In this document: piece after piece, positions 52,475 to 64,000 of the stretch
Layout of the letters: each line of letters begins with the position of its first letter
How positions within the stretch are numbered: position 1 is the first letter of the stretch
Source of the DNA: Phoronis australis
Lineage: Eukaryota; Animalia; Phoronida
Length of the DNA: 64,000 bases
Direction: 5' to 3'
Assembly (NCBI GenBank): GCA_002633005.1
Contig: NMRA01000580.1
Coordinates: forward strand, 173,062 to 237,061
Position numbers and translations under genes: made by a program
The notes under the pieces: generated by a model
Seen by the model: only the letters and a program-made list of their open reading frames with translations
What the model was told of the DNA's origin: nothing
Database searches by the model: none

Positions 52475-52825
52475 TAATACATGAATGATACTGTGCAATA
52501 ATAATGTATGATATTGTGCAATAACATATGTTTGTTACTGTGCAATAATACATATATGATACTGTGCAATAATAATGTATGATAGTGTACAATAATACAT
52601 GTATGATACTGTGCTTTAATACGTGTATGATACTGTGCAATAATACATGCATGATACTGTGCAATGTAACATGTATGATACTGTGCAATAACACATGTAT
52701 GATGCTGTACAATAATACATGTATGATACTGTGAAATAATACATGTATGATTCTGTGCATTAATACAGGTATGATTCTGTGCATTAATACATGCATGATA
52801 CTGTGCAATGATACATGTATGATAC
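52475..52825. repeat. 24-bp (some 21-bp) minisatellite ATGATACTGTGCAATAATACATGT, ~14 units
   Basis: Direct tandem units; produces the repetitive ORFs 52417-52971 and 52443-52808. Confidence 0.92.
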
Positions 52826-53730
52826 AAAACTGTGCAATTGTCTGAAAGCTGCATTTCGCTCACTTTAGCTGGATAAAAAACGAAACTCGAATTTGTTTCT
52901 TCAATAATCTCTTGAAATTGGCCAATGCTCACCGTGATAGAATTGTAAACAAGAACATCGACTGTGACCATTAGCGATTCAAGAAAACTTTTCTTTACCT
53001 GTTATCTATACAGTCGTCTTAGCAGTTAATGAGATTCCTCGTGCATTTTCATCGTTCATAGTAAGGCATATCGCCATCCGGACACCTCGAGTGTTTTGGT
53101 AGCCTCAAATATACCTCGGACGTGTTTCATGTCTGCGCATGCACGAACTTCAATCATTACGAGTCATGAGTCCACAGACACGTTTATCAACCACTCCGCA
53201 ACGTGAGAGAGGTTCCACCTGATTGACCAGTGGCTAAGACATCTGATTGGTTTAAAAGCTTGAAATTGTCACCAAGAACTAACCCGAGTGATGACACCTC
53301 TGCCATAACGTAGAATTTTCGTGAGGACTTGACAGGGACCTCAGGGGTCTCATACTCCACTGATTTATCCACATTATTTTGAAAACATTTTCCCCTGTCA
53401 CACATTGTGTGCCATAGTAGTACATGTACCAATAGCTGCAACAATTGTTGTTGTTGTCCATCTATATCCTATCTTTAACTGGGCTAGGTCTGGACATTTT
53501 CTGCGAGGGAGGGGTGTTCGTTGGAGTCCCCCGAACCTACATGTACTCCCACAGGCTGTGGGCCTGGGATACGAATACTGACCAGTGGCACCTTCTAATC
53601 ACAGCAATGCCTTGCAATCCATAGATCACTCAACGCAAGGCTTAAACCAAGCTGCAATTTACTCAGTGCGCATGCTCACACTGATCTCTCTCCGCTAATT
53701 CGGGCTTCTGGCATTATGAGCGGCACAAAA

Positions 53731-54601
53731 CGGATTGTTCTAAAACCCCCTAGACCCCCTCAACCCACGACCCCCTCGACACCGACCCCTCAATCCACTA
53801 CCCCCTCGACCCACCATCCCACAAACCCCTCGATCCTACGGCCCACAACCCCCTCGAGCCAGTCTACACAAGCTCGAATTCATCTGAAAAAGCGCTGACT
53901 TGCAGGACCAACGAGTCGGGCTACCTTTTCTCTGTATTTTTTTCCAATTAAGAAAGTCGAATCGACAAATCTGAAAGTTAAAAACAAAAAAACAACGTGA
54001 CCAATTCAAATCCAAGACGTTACAAATGTCGTTCCCGGCAAGATGTAATCGTCTGCTGTTCAGCGGATGTCAGGTTCAAGCTTTTTGGGAGCGTGCGAGG
54101 AACCGAATAATATGTAATTTCTTCAGTAAATAGTTTGATAAAACAAATCGTTAAGTAAAAAGAATTTCAACGTAACATGGAATAAATCGTAAACGGGTAT
54201 ACAACAGAAAGTAACTAATGAAAATGAGTAATTATGTCCACTCACGTTAACATACTCTCTCCCTAAGCTTAGCAGAACAGGGTCATTGGTAGCCGTTCGT
54301 GGAACTATTTCCTTGACAACGATAGCACGCTCACAATTCGCTATTTCAGATCATGCTCTGACGCAACTTTCTGTTTTAAACCACCAGACTTGAGCCAGAG
54401 CAGATTCGCGTATAGGTAAGTCTTATGGAAAAGTCATTCAGTGACGTAATACATGTGTGATTATGAAATGTGTAAAAAGCGCAAAGCCTGATTGCCACAG
54501 ATTGTGGGTCAAGCGGGTTGTGGGTCGTAGGGGTTGTGGTCGGGTCGAGGGCGTCGTGGGTCGAGGGGATCGTGGGGTCGAGGTGGTTTAAGAACAATCC
54601 G
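53731..54601. mobile_element. TIR element with subterminal ACCCCCTCGACC repeats
   Basis: CGGATTGTTCT ... AGAACAATCCG; C-rich repeats on the left mirrored as G-rich on the right; no clear TSD. Confidence 0.7.
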
Positions 54602-55678
54602 CAATCCCAATTGGACCTTGGGCAAGACTTCCGGTAAATCGGTCCTAAGCCGTGGAATTCGAGGCATATATAGATTAGATCATGGTAGTGTTGGTTCTAT
54701 CCTCACTAAACGAACGTTAAGTTAAGCAGGAGATACTTTTTAGCAAACTCACCGAAACTAGACTGGAACTACAGGCTGACGCCATGTTTGTAACCGCCTC
54801 TTGATCAAATCCTTTATATGTATTGTAGTGGTTGACTAACCATAATAACTCGGTTCAGCTTCAGATTCACTAACCAAGGTTTAAGCAGATTCCCTGTTTA
54901 CAAAATAACTTAAATAAGTTAGGTTCGTACAGCCATGCATATGGCCTCAAGTCCAACGTTAAATACTACAACATTCAAATCTAAAAACCGGGAATTTCTT
55001 AAAATAAACATCAAACTCAGCAACGTCGTTTTCGTCTAGGAATGTTCCAAAAATAACATTGAATTGAGCGACGTCCTTTTCGTCTACTAACGTACCGGGA
55101 ACGTTCTAAAAATAAACGTCTATGTCAACTCGACTATAAAACTCACTATGGTGAGATCTCGGCAACGTGAAACTCATCGATTTACACGACACTGGCAATA
55201 GGAAGAAGTTGATTTCTGAACTTGCAGTAATGTATGTGCGCCCTCTCAAATCCGATTGGAACTCATTATGTATCACCGGGTAACCAGCGAGAAACAAAGA
55301 ACATAGTTGAGTCCACATTTGGATCTGTATCTTGCAACCAGCCTGACCATTGCCGGTGATCTAGTCGTTTGTTTCGCCGCAATGTTCTCTCGCTGGTCCC
55401 CTACGTGCCAAGCGGGGAGAGGTCGGGTCCGTAGGGGGTTTGGCTCTCGCACATACATGTACAATAAACACATATATGGCCGATTTAACCAGTGTGTTAT
55501 TCATACTGTATGAATACAGGACAGTATCGTAAACAAAAGTCATCGGCAGTAGAAAGATGCATTCCGAAAAGGCGCAACCACAATTTCTAGGATTCACATT
55601 TCCTGAACATAAATTTTAAGCACCGATTTGTCTGTAGCAACAGACCTCATTTACACTCCAGTCCATCAGTCATGCCAG

Positions 55679-55700
55679 CATAGACTATAGAGTATCTATG
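55679..55700. mobile_element. 22-bp minimal P-like element
   Basis: ATGCCAG|CATAGACTATAGAGTATCTATG|ACGCCAG. Confidence 0.5.
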
Positions 55701-56283
55701 ACGCCAGATTGTTTGCGTAAAGCGCTGCCTGTTGAGAATTCGACTAGCCAATCAGAAACGCCGATGTAAAAAAATTCCTGAGGAAAATTAAATGGCCACT
55801 GACCACCTAGCGGCACGCAGGGAACTGCCATTCGTATATGCGTAATTTTATTTATGTTTTATTTTTATTTCTTTTCTCAGTGTCAGCGTAGTCTCATTGT
55901 CTAGGCCTACTCGCACGCGACTCAACTCCAAATCACATTTAGTTCTAGTTCGATCGACAAGACATTTACACACCGTATTTAACTCCTCAATAGCTCCAGG
56001 CCTGTTGTTGTTGGCCGAAATCAGGAATTCAAAGTAATTGGCGCTGTGCGTCTAGGGTATCATCTACCTTTTACTTTGCTTCATTGTCTTTGATTTTTTG
56101 GAAACTTGCCAGAGGTTCATAACTCCGTTATCAGCTTCTTGCAATATCTCACAGTTCTCGAGTCTTTCAAGATACCTCTATGGACAGCTACTTAGCCGCA
56201 CGTCTGTCGACTTGCCATTTGCTGACCAACGAGATAAAGCTGTATAGCTCAGTGGCACATAACATGTACTGCTCCTACATTTA

Positions 56284-56430
56284 CAGTGACGGATTTAATG
56301 GGGGCAAGGGGGCCATTCCCCCGCTAAAATCCTCCTACATTCCATTTGGCAGTACGGGGGTGCGGAAGTCTGACGGTCAAAATCCTAGCTAATACTCTGC
56401 CCTGCCCCTCAACTCCTGGATCCGCCCCTG
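56284..56430 (+). mobile_element. Short CAGTGGCGG-family MITE
   Basis: CAGTGACGGATT...GGATCCGCCCCTG; core shared with the 12039 and 26657 copies. Confidence 0.75.
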
Positions 56431-59094
56431 AATTTTGCACGATCTTAAAAACAAATCTGTGTACTATTTCGCCAAATATCTGCAAAACTATAGGCTTTAA
56501 CTCGGTTAAATTATATAATCTGAAAGTAGAAAGCCTGTACTGAGAGTTTTACTTTTTGCCAATATGCCATTAATTGGGTCACGAGACCATGTTTTTCTTG
56601 TGAAATTTAAGAAAAAGTACATTCATATCAAAACAAGTTTATCAACAACAAGACCAAATTTCGTTTGATATAATCAGACGAAATTTTAAAAGTTGTTACA
56701 TTTTTATAACTTATCATTCGTAGCAATAGTCGGCAGAATATTTGCCTCGTCTGGAAATTTAATGGAGGCAATGTCTTCTCTCCCGATGTGCAAAACTCTG
56801 GACTGGTCGCTCAATCGTTTCCAGCCCGGTCCTTTCGTCACGGTTTGTACTCGACGATTAATCGTCACCACCACCACCAGCCTCATCAACAGCAGCACCC
56901 TCCGTTGCCGTCGGTCATCGTCATTATCATCATCATCAGACTAGTCCAATGGAGACAATGTTCCGTGGCGCGAGCACGGGCGGCGCACCATAGGGTGCTT
57001 GGGTCTGTAGCCCCCCTCTCCCCCACCCTCACTTTTTTCAATGCTGCGCTGCTCAAGGCGAGGAATAACCGCTTAACAGGGGCCAATCTTGCAGGCGATT
57101 CACCGGATTTTGCTGCCCATTGTTCTTTTACTTTCCCTAAGTAGTGATTTGGCAGTGCATCTTTTTAACGTCTTAATTAAGTGAAATTCATTAAAATCGT
57201 ACCCTTAACCGCGCAACGTGCTCAAGTATACCTTTTCTCGCGGAATTTTATTGAAGCACGAGATATCCAAGTTTCTGGTAGCTTCAGCACTCAAATATTT
57301 GAAATACCAAATGTCGCAAGTCTAAATGCGTACTGGATGCACTTTGGACACGACCATGCAGGAGATTTGGTTCTGAACAGGTGGCGATAGGGAGGTATCT
57401 GCCCTGCACTCCCCTTCCCAACAGTATCTACCTTCCAAGGAGCGAATATAAAATTATTGCCTGGAGTATAACTGAAGTCGATGGGGGAGGGGGGAGCAGG
57501 TAAAAGGGGTGTAGACGTAGACTGCCGGGTGAGGGGAGTCCTAAAATTACGCCTATGATTTGTTGAGGCCACACTTGGTGCATAAATTGGTCCTCGGTGA
57601 CAAAGAAACTTCACGAGCTTCACATTACAATAGAACGGTGAATTCAAAATGTGCCCAACTACGATATTGAATATTCGTACTGTACACGTTTCGCCCAAAA
57701 CTAGGCCTGATTAAAGGGGCTATAAAGCCATCTTCAGCCACAAAAAGCAGCTCTTCATTTTGATCACTTTTTAAGTCCGAACACTCATTTAAGCATGGAA
57801 ATGGGTGTTCCTTCATGGTAATGTCTTCCTGGTACAGTATAATAGTGTAATAGTAAAAGAATGAATTTTTAAATGAAATACATTTCAGGCATCTGTGTTG
57901 TGTTAATGTGCATAGTTGTGACATTTGTGTTATTTTATTGTCACATTTATTAGATAATAGAAGCCCTATTTGTAGCATTCACGTGTCGAAATATCGCTGA
58001 CATGGAGACACGTACAGGTTTACGTGCTTATTTTGATTCTCAATATGAAGAGTAGTTCTTCTTAACGTCTCTGGTACAGCATCAAATTAAGAGAAGGGTG
58101 AATACAGGCAGATACTTGAGTATCATCAGTGTTTGGCAAAGTACACAGAGACCAGACATATTTCTGAATAACTTATGGTGAAGACCCAATGGCTCACGAA
58201 CATATTGAAAAAGAAGGCCGGCGAAATGGTAGAAAATCGTTTGCATGCTGCTCGAGCCGTTACTAATTGTACTTGTGACCGAGGCATTAAGTATGCTCAC
58301 AAAAGATTTTTGTTTTAACGTACTCTTGTCGCTTCGTTTTAGTTGAATCAAATCGATGGAACAGTTGACCAGAAGGTAAGTATTGTGAACTTAATTTACG
58401 CACGCCATAATTTTAAGAATGTGTATGTAATTTAACTATAAATTATATGTTCGTCATATATACGGACAAGGTGCTTCAAAAGCTCAGTTTCCAAAGATGA
58501 AAAGGATAAGTTGGTGAAACATTCTTACCTCAAAACGGCCGGCCGTTTTATCAACCTAGTGACAACGACGTTCTTGGGTAATAATTTTTTTTAATATATA
58601 AACGATTAATCTTTGGGTTGTTTAGAGTGTAACCTATCAGCTTCATCTCACCATTCACTAGACTCTAGAACTTTGAACACTGTGGAAATACGTCTTTAAG
58701 GCCCTGTCATACTAAACAAATGGCGTGTTTGTCATTAAGTTTTTATAGACATGGATGTATTAGGAGAAAGGTCTGCATTTTGCAGAACAAAAATTACTCA
58801 TGTTAGTTAGAATGCCTAGAAACAAGAGATAATGCGTCAGTTATTCACTATGCGTTGTAGCAATTCACAAGTTCGTTTGCAATATTTACAAGTCGTTGGG
58901 TTCAGACTTAAAGATATGGTGGAGCAATTTATTTTTTTGGTTGGCTAGATGAAGTAATTCTAATTCATCATTCAAAAATTAACACTTTTTAATGTGCATG
59001 TCTTGAACTAAGACAATTTATGTAATCATTATCTGCACGTGCATTATCACGTGGCTCATTTAAAATAGTGTTACAAAAGTAAGTGTATGATTAA

Positions 59095-60061
59095 AACAGT
59101 ACACACCATGGATTTTTGCAAATTTCGAATTACCGGTGGCCACAGACTAAATGTATGACGTAAAATTTAGCCAAATCCATGATTATTTTGTGTCATTAGC
59201 TCGAAATTTTGATTTCTCTTTCAATTTTGCCAATTTTCACATTTCCCGACATGTGACATCATGGGTTGAACACAAGAGATCAGCGACTAGCATTGAACAA
59301 CGGCGGAGAGTAGGGAATTTGAAAGCGACAACGATTATGAGCAAGAAATGAACAAATACTATGAAGAAACGTACGAGAATGGTGGCCAGGATGACAAAAT
59401 GTGGTTGCATGAAAGCGAGAACGAGTTTGATATGTTTTCAGCTGCGTACTTTTCTACTTTGAGGCCTTACGAACTGGATCCTCCCGCGAGAGAAGCGGCC
59501 TCGGGCTCGGCCAGTCAACCCAGTCATCCAACAGACGATCCTGCATAAAGAGCCGATGTTTCAGAATAGTAAATATTGTCCTTTATTGAACCAGGCCTTC
59601 ATCGTAACATCTCCTCTGATGGGAGTCGAAACACGACTCCTCAAAGTGTGCAGAACACAGAGTGGCCCCGAACAGAATCGCTTGGTCCACGCTGGCGTCC
59701 CACACTCTCGTTCGGCGCACGAAGCGATGCCACTACTGCGCAACTTTGGCGTCCTTCGGAACACAGAGACGTTCTCCGTCTGACTGCTGTTGCTGCAGCC
59801 TCCGCAAACACATCTTTTCATCCCTGTACGAACCTTCTCGACGCTAAATGTACTTTACTTTCACTTCACTCTATACATGTACACTAAGTTGCTGATCCGA
59901 ACAGTGTGCCGAACGACTTGGGTTCAACCCATGACGTTGTACATAATTTTTTTTTCAATTTGTACGTGTTTCTTTATGAGCTGTGCACTAATGGCACTGA
60001 AATCAAGTAAGATATAATAATAAAATTTATATTGAGGTACTAGAGTCATGTTGCGTACACT
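59095..60061. mobile_element. Kolobok-type element family B, copy 2
   Basis: TTAA at 59091-59094 and 60062-60065; KolX-like remnant 59348-59548 (+, PYELDP) and THAP remnant 59821-59561 (-, MKRCVCGGCSNS). Confidence 0.82.
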
Positions 60062-61239
60062 TTAAAATGACCCTTTTCCAAATTGGTCCGTCTGTGATTA
60101 ACCAGAGGGAGTGTGGTGAAATGCCTACAGCTTGATGTGTTAGTTGTGATTGTCTCCACCAGCTGCCTGAACCCAACAACCATACATGTAGATTGCATCA
60201 CTATTATGGTACTTTCAGTCACTACAAGCATCGTTCTTACCTCCAGAGAGCAGTCGGCATCATCTGTATTGGCGTTCTCACGTCCACGCAATAACAACCA
60301 CAAATTCGGTTGTCAAAAACTCTCTCTTCCAAGATGAGGTTCATGCTCATGTTTCCAGAACGGACAACTGCATATCAGTAATTAACATATCAACAGTTAT
60401 CAAATAGGCATATGCATTGCAATAGCTAATACCGCTAAGGCGTACAAGCAGTACGAGCAGTATGAAAAATTACATGCAACACGCGATTTGTAAATTGCTT
60501 GAAGCCTTTTTGTTTTTGGTTTTTCGGGCGCTTTGGCGGCCATTTTTCGAATTTTTGCTTCGCAGAGCTCTAGCTCTATAGTCGCAGCCCCGTCGGATTC
60601 TTGTGAAACTTGGTCCAGAGATAGATAGATCTAGTCAAGAGCTAAACAGGACATATTGTTTGTTTCTCGCTACCTACCGCTCTCGAGTTATTCCAAACCT
60701 CCTAACTGTTCCCAAATTAATGGATTTTTGTGCCGTATCTCCAGCATCCGACTCTCGCTCCAACTTACCGATATATGCGAGACTTATATTAAGACAGCGC
60801 TGTGACGGCCGTTTTTCTTATAACGCTTTGCGGTCCTCTAGCCCCGCTATACTTCGACAGAACCTTCTGAAAGTTGGCATTTGATTAGATCTCATTCAGA
60901 GCTATATGAAGTGCGTTATTGCTTTCTAAGTATGACCGTTAAGATTTTCTAATTTGAAGTCTGCTCTCTTATTGACTGATTCCATAATGCACCGTTTATG
61001 GTACATTGCTGTAATGTGGGTATCGGTTTTTGTGGTGTTCGTGGATCTTCTTGATTTCATCGACATCAGCTCCAGATTTCCCCCAACTCCCACTGTGTTG
61101 CTCCTCAGAACGCTCTCGTTTCAGTATTATCCATCATTAAAGTGGTCAGCCTCATGCTCAACATCGGAGGTAGCGATGTGGCTTGTAACAACGTTGCACG
61201 TGGCATTGGGTGCCATTCGGTTTCCGTCGTGGGACGATG

Positions 61240-61520
61240 ACATCCAAAATAGTGCGGACAGTCTTGAGCAATATTCTCGTAGAAATAATATAGTAATCCA
61301 AGGAGTCAACGAGCCAGAAAATGTACGCAAATGGGACACCGATAAAGCTGTTATTAATGTCTGTAAGATGATAAATATCGATATTAGTTACGAAGACATA
61401 TGTAGATATCATGGACGAAGACCCAATAAACCCAATCAGTCAAGGCCTATTATATCATAGCTTACAACACAGGTGCCATTTTTCAACACCATAAAAATAA
61501 ACTCAGATCCCAAGAGGTAG
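61240..61520 (+). mobile_element. LINE ORF1 fragment (CR1/L2-type)
   Basis: DSLEQYSRRNNIVIQGVNE...DISYEDICRYHG......RPII. Confidence 0.8.
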
Positions 61521-63050
61521 ACTTACTTGTGCTCGAAAATTGTGAACTGTAGCCTGTACTCCGCATTAATTGGCAAGAATGATTTGTAGAATGCAACACA
61601 TATTATTCCTTGTAAAGCTCGAAAGCGCCGCGAAGTGTCTTTTAGCGCACAGAAGATTTCATTGGATTTATCAGCATATACTCTCCATACGTACATGTAA
61701 GTATAGCACCAGTGTGTGATCTGTGTACACTGTCAATGAACTGGTCATTAAACTTTATTGCTTCAGCCTACCCAGTAAACATGACAGTATTGGCCCAGTA
61801 CTGGATATTTGTTGGTTCATACCACGTGTACCGCATACCACTTTACGTTTCTGGACCACTAATTGTCCAATACCGTCCAACAACACTAACCGAGTGAACC
61901 TTTCCGTACCGCTTCGCCAGTAGACACCCGATACTGGCATTGTAATGCTTGAGCGGTAAACACAGACTTGAAACATGAAGGCAGTTACAGGCTTATCGAC
62001 AGGAGGGCGCTTACTAATTTAACACTGAAAATTGAAGTTTTCTTTGAAAAATACCATCAGATGTGTGACAGTAAAATTTTCCAGTTCTCATAAAAGAAAA
62101 CTTTACCGGCAGATGTATTGCAGTGTAATTTTACTTTTTTCAAGAAAACTTTCCACCAGATGACTCTCATTAAAAAACCGCCATTTTGAAATTTCCGTTG
62201 AAAAACACTTGAGTTGTTTAGAGATTTTCTACAGTTTGAAACCAGTGTGTGTGACAGAATGGTGAAGGATTTTGACAGTAAACTTCCGATTCTGGTAAGT
62301 TTAATAATTGTTTACTTTGAATGCCGTGCCAGTGTCTGTAAAAGCATATAAAAACTCATTTTTATCTCAGACATTCTCAGCTTCTGATCTTCAACAATAC
62401 AAATTACAATATACTACAAGATATGACACTTGGGATTATTAATTCCAAGGGTGCTTCACTTCAGCCGCCCATGTCAAACACAAAACTCAATTAATGTACA
62501 CAAAACAGGTCCAACAAAACGCGAGTAATTGTTACTTCTTCTGTAAGCATTTACGGTGCCCTGCTCCAGCATGTTTGCAAAACATTCGCGATCAAGGCAC
62601 AAAATCTTTCCAAAAAGCCAATGCATACTGCCAATGTGCCGCATGGAAATTGAAGATTCTTCGCGGAAGGTCACGACATTAATAACTCCACACATACTCA
62701 GACCATTACGAAACCTTCCGTGATAAATGGGCAATTGATTAAGAACCTGGAGAATGCTTGCAAAGAATGTTTTTTATTATATTTAGCAACTACAATCCAG
62801 TTTATCATATTTCCAATTACTTCATATGTAACAGTATTTAATTGTATTCTCAAAATCTCCTGAGCTGTGCCAATCCACTTCTTGGTTCCTGGCGTGTCGG
62901 TCGTTTTCAGCACTGATTCACTTTGTTTTCCTAAGTATTCCTACTGATTTTTGCATTTCCATTTATTTATTTTGTACAGGGGACTTTCTTATTAGCGATC
63001 AATAACCTTTAGAAGGCCTCCTAATTGAAATCGAATTTCAATCAATGTAT

Positions 63051-63053
<3 letters not shown>

Positions 63054-63098
<45 letters not shown>
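63054..63098. repeat. (CT)n microsatellite
   Basis: ~22 CT units. Confidence 0.98.
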
Positions 63099-63101
<3 letters not shown>

Positions 63102-63358
63102 AAAATGTCTATTTCGTAACCATTTTAAGACTCTTAAAAATACTTCACAATCTCTTACAAAAAAGTTCCATGAGCATCAATTGATGGTTTTGCTCTGTGT
63201 TTACACACAATTAACACTAACGTGACCTTTTCAACCTCGTCGCCAAGCCTCAAGATGGCGCTGATCGGTTTAGCCATTTGAGGCTTGGTTGAGTGAATTA
63301 CTTTCTGCGCAATGATTGACAGATGCCTTGACGTCATTGAACAAAGGCAGATTGTAAT

Positions 63359-64000
63359 GGGGCTATTCGGAAAATCTGTAATAACTAGAGGGCGTGAGTG
63401 TACTAGTGGTGATAGATTAACAGCCTCGATTTCGCGAGCCCTTTAACTACATGGTGAAATGGCTTGCAGCCGTGGCAACTGAATCTGAGATTGCGTAAAA
63501 AGGGTGCTTCTGTGAGAGGAAGTAAGCACGACCCCATACAAAGGTAAGATTTGTGATTATTTTAACGATTATTCCATGATTATTCTACCGATGCTTGTTA
63601 ACTGAGGCACTCGCCGATGTCGACTTCGTTGCAGTCAGTCGCCAGCCAGAGTCTGGTTAATCTTAGTATGTTGTGATATGTGATACCATACTTGACGTAG
63701 CAATCGGGATCTTTTCGTGCATCAAAGCATTATTATTGTTTGGAATGATTTCTAAAAGTTTATCAGTGACAGTTACATCAATCAATGCTGAATTTTATGC
63801 TGTCAATTCGATACAGGTTAATGAGTTAAGATTACAATCCAATCCCAATGGCAAAGGGTACGTGAGTGATAAATATCCATTGCATTAGATTATTTGTTTA
63901 CTCCCTATCATATGTCTTCTGGAAATCTATTACACGTTGAAATGGAAATCTATCACGTCAGTTTTCACGTAACCTTTGGTTTTTAGGTTTGAAGGCTTGT
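63359..64000 (+). mobile_element. Second, inverted copy of the ISL2EU-type element end (runs off window)
   Basis: AAT|GGGGCTATTCGGA; reverse complement of ~32525-33136 including the SAP-like GASVRGSKHD exon. Confidence 0.85.

Larger units (their letters stand above)
52283..62930 (-). pseudogene. Divergent cadherin-repeat-like multi-exon gene remnant
   Basis: Candidate exons: 62930-62821 (...NTVTYE), 62746-~62625 (VINVVTFREE), ~61966-61823 (VF..YRVSTGEAVRKGS...VLDN, with stops), ~61680-61527 (GIICVA...EYRLQFTIFE), ~58065-57983, ~57830 (EDITMKEH...FVAEDG), ~53400-53300 (VEYET), ~53060-52864 (LTAKTTV.IT/VDV). Confidence 0.4.

Noticed and set aside
52417-52971. 184-aa and 121-aa repetitive ORFs
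   Set aside because: Products of the 24-bp minisatellite; only the first ~35 codons may be exonic
56693-57144. His/Gln/Ser-rich ORFs
   Set aside because: Arise from a low-complexity CAC/CAG/CAT triplet tract and a MITE-like segment
60530-60920. Helentron-like internal repeat (also 51020-51640)
   Set aside because: Only a general resemblance; no termini or second copy in the window to support a call

Overview
Eukaryotic (metazoan, probably marine invertebrate/lophotrochozoan-like), ~40% GC DNA dominated by decayed transposons; there is no prokaryotic operon, rRNA, CRISPR array or clearly intact host gene. Most short ORFs in the track are noise. Recognisable content: (1) several TTAA-flanked Kolobok-type DNA transposons carrying remnants of convergent THAP-transposase and KolX (P2X7-cytoplasmic-domain-like) genes; (2) ISL2EU-type elements (AT target, THAP or YqaJ exonuclease remnants); (3) a Gmr1-like Gypsy with integrase upstream of RT, plus a separate RNase H + LTR; (4) CACTA-, P- and Tc1-like ends, MITEs, a tRNA-SINE, a LINE ORF1 fragment and three minisatellites; (5) possible decayed host genes (BTB-BACK, cadherin-like, BIR-like exon). 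Most notable: an unbroken ~14-16 kb chain of different TIR elements joined end-to-end by single shared TTAA sites (1430-15160, perhaps to 17276); within it a 10.5-kb element with a multi-exon, MULE-like DDE transposase pseudogene but Kolobok-like ends; and two abutting perfect palindromes (36- and 31-bp arms) at 19060-19193. All family assignments come from motifs read by eye; no database searches were run.
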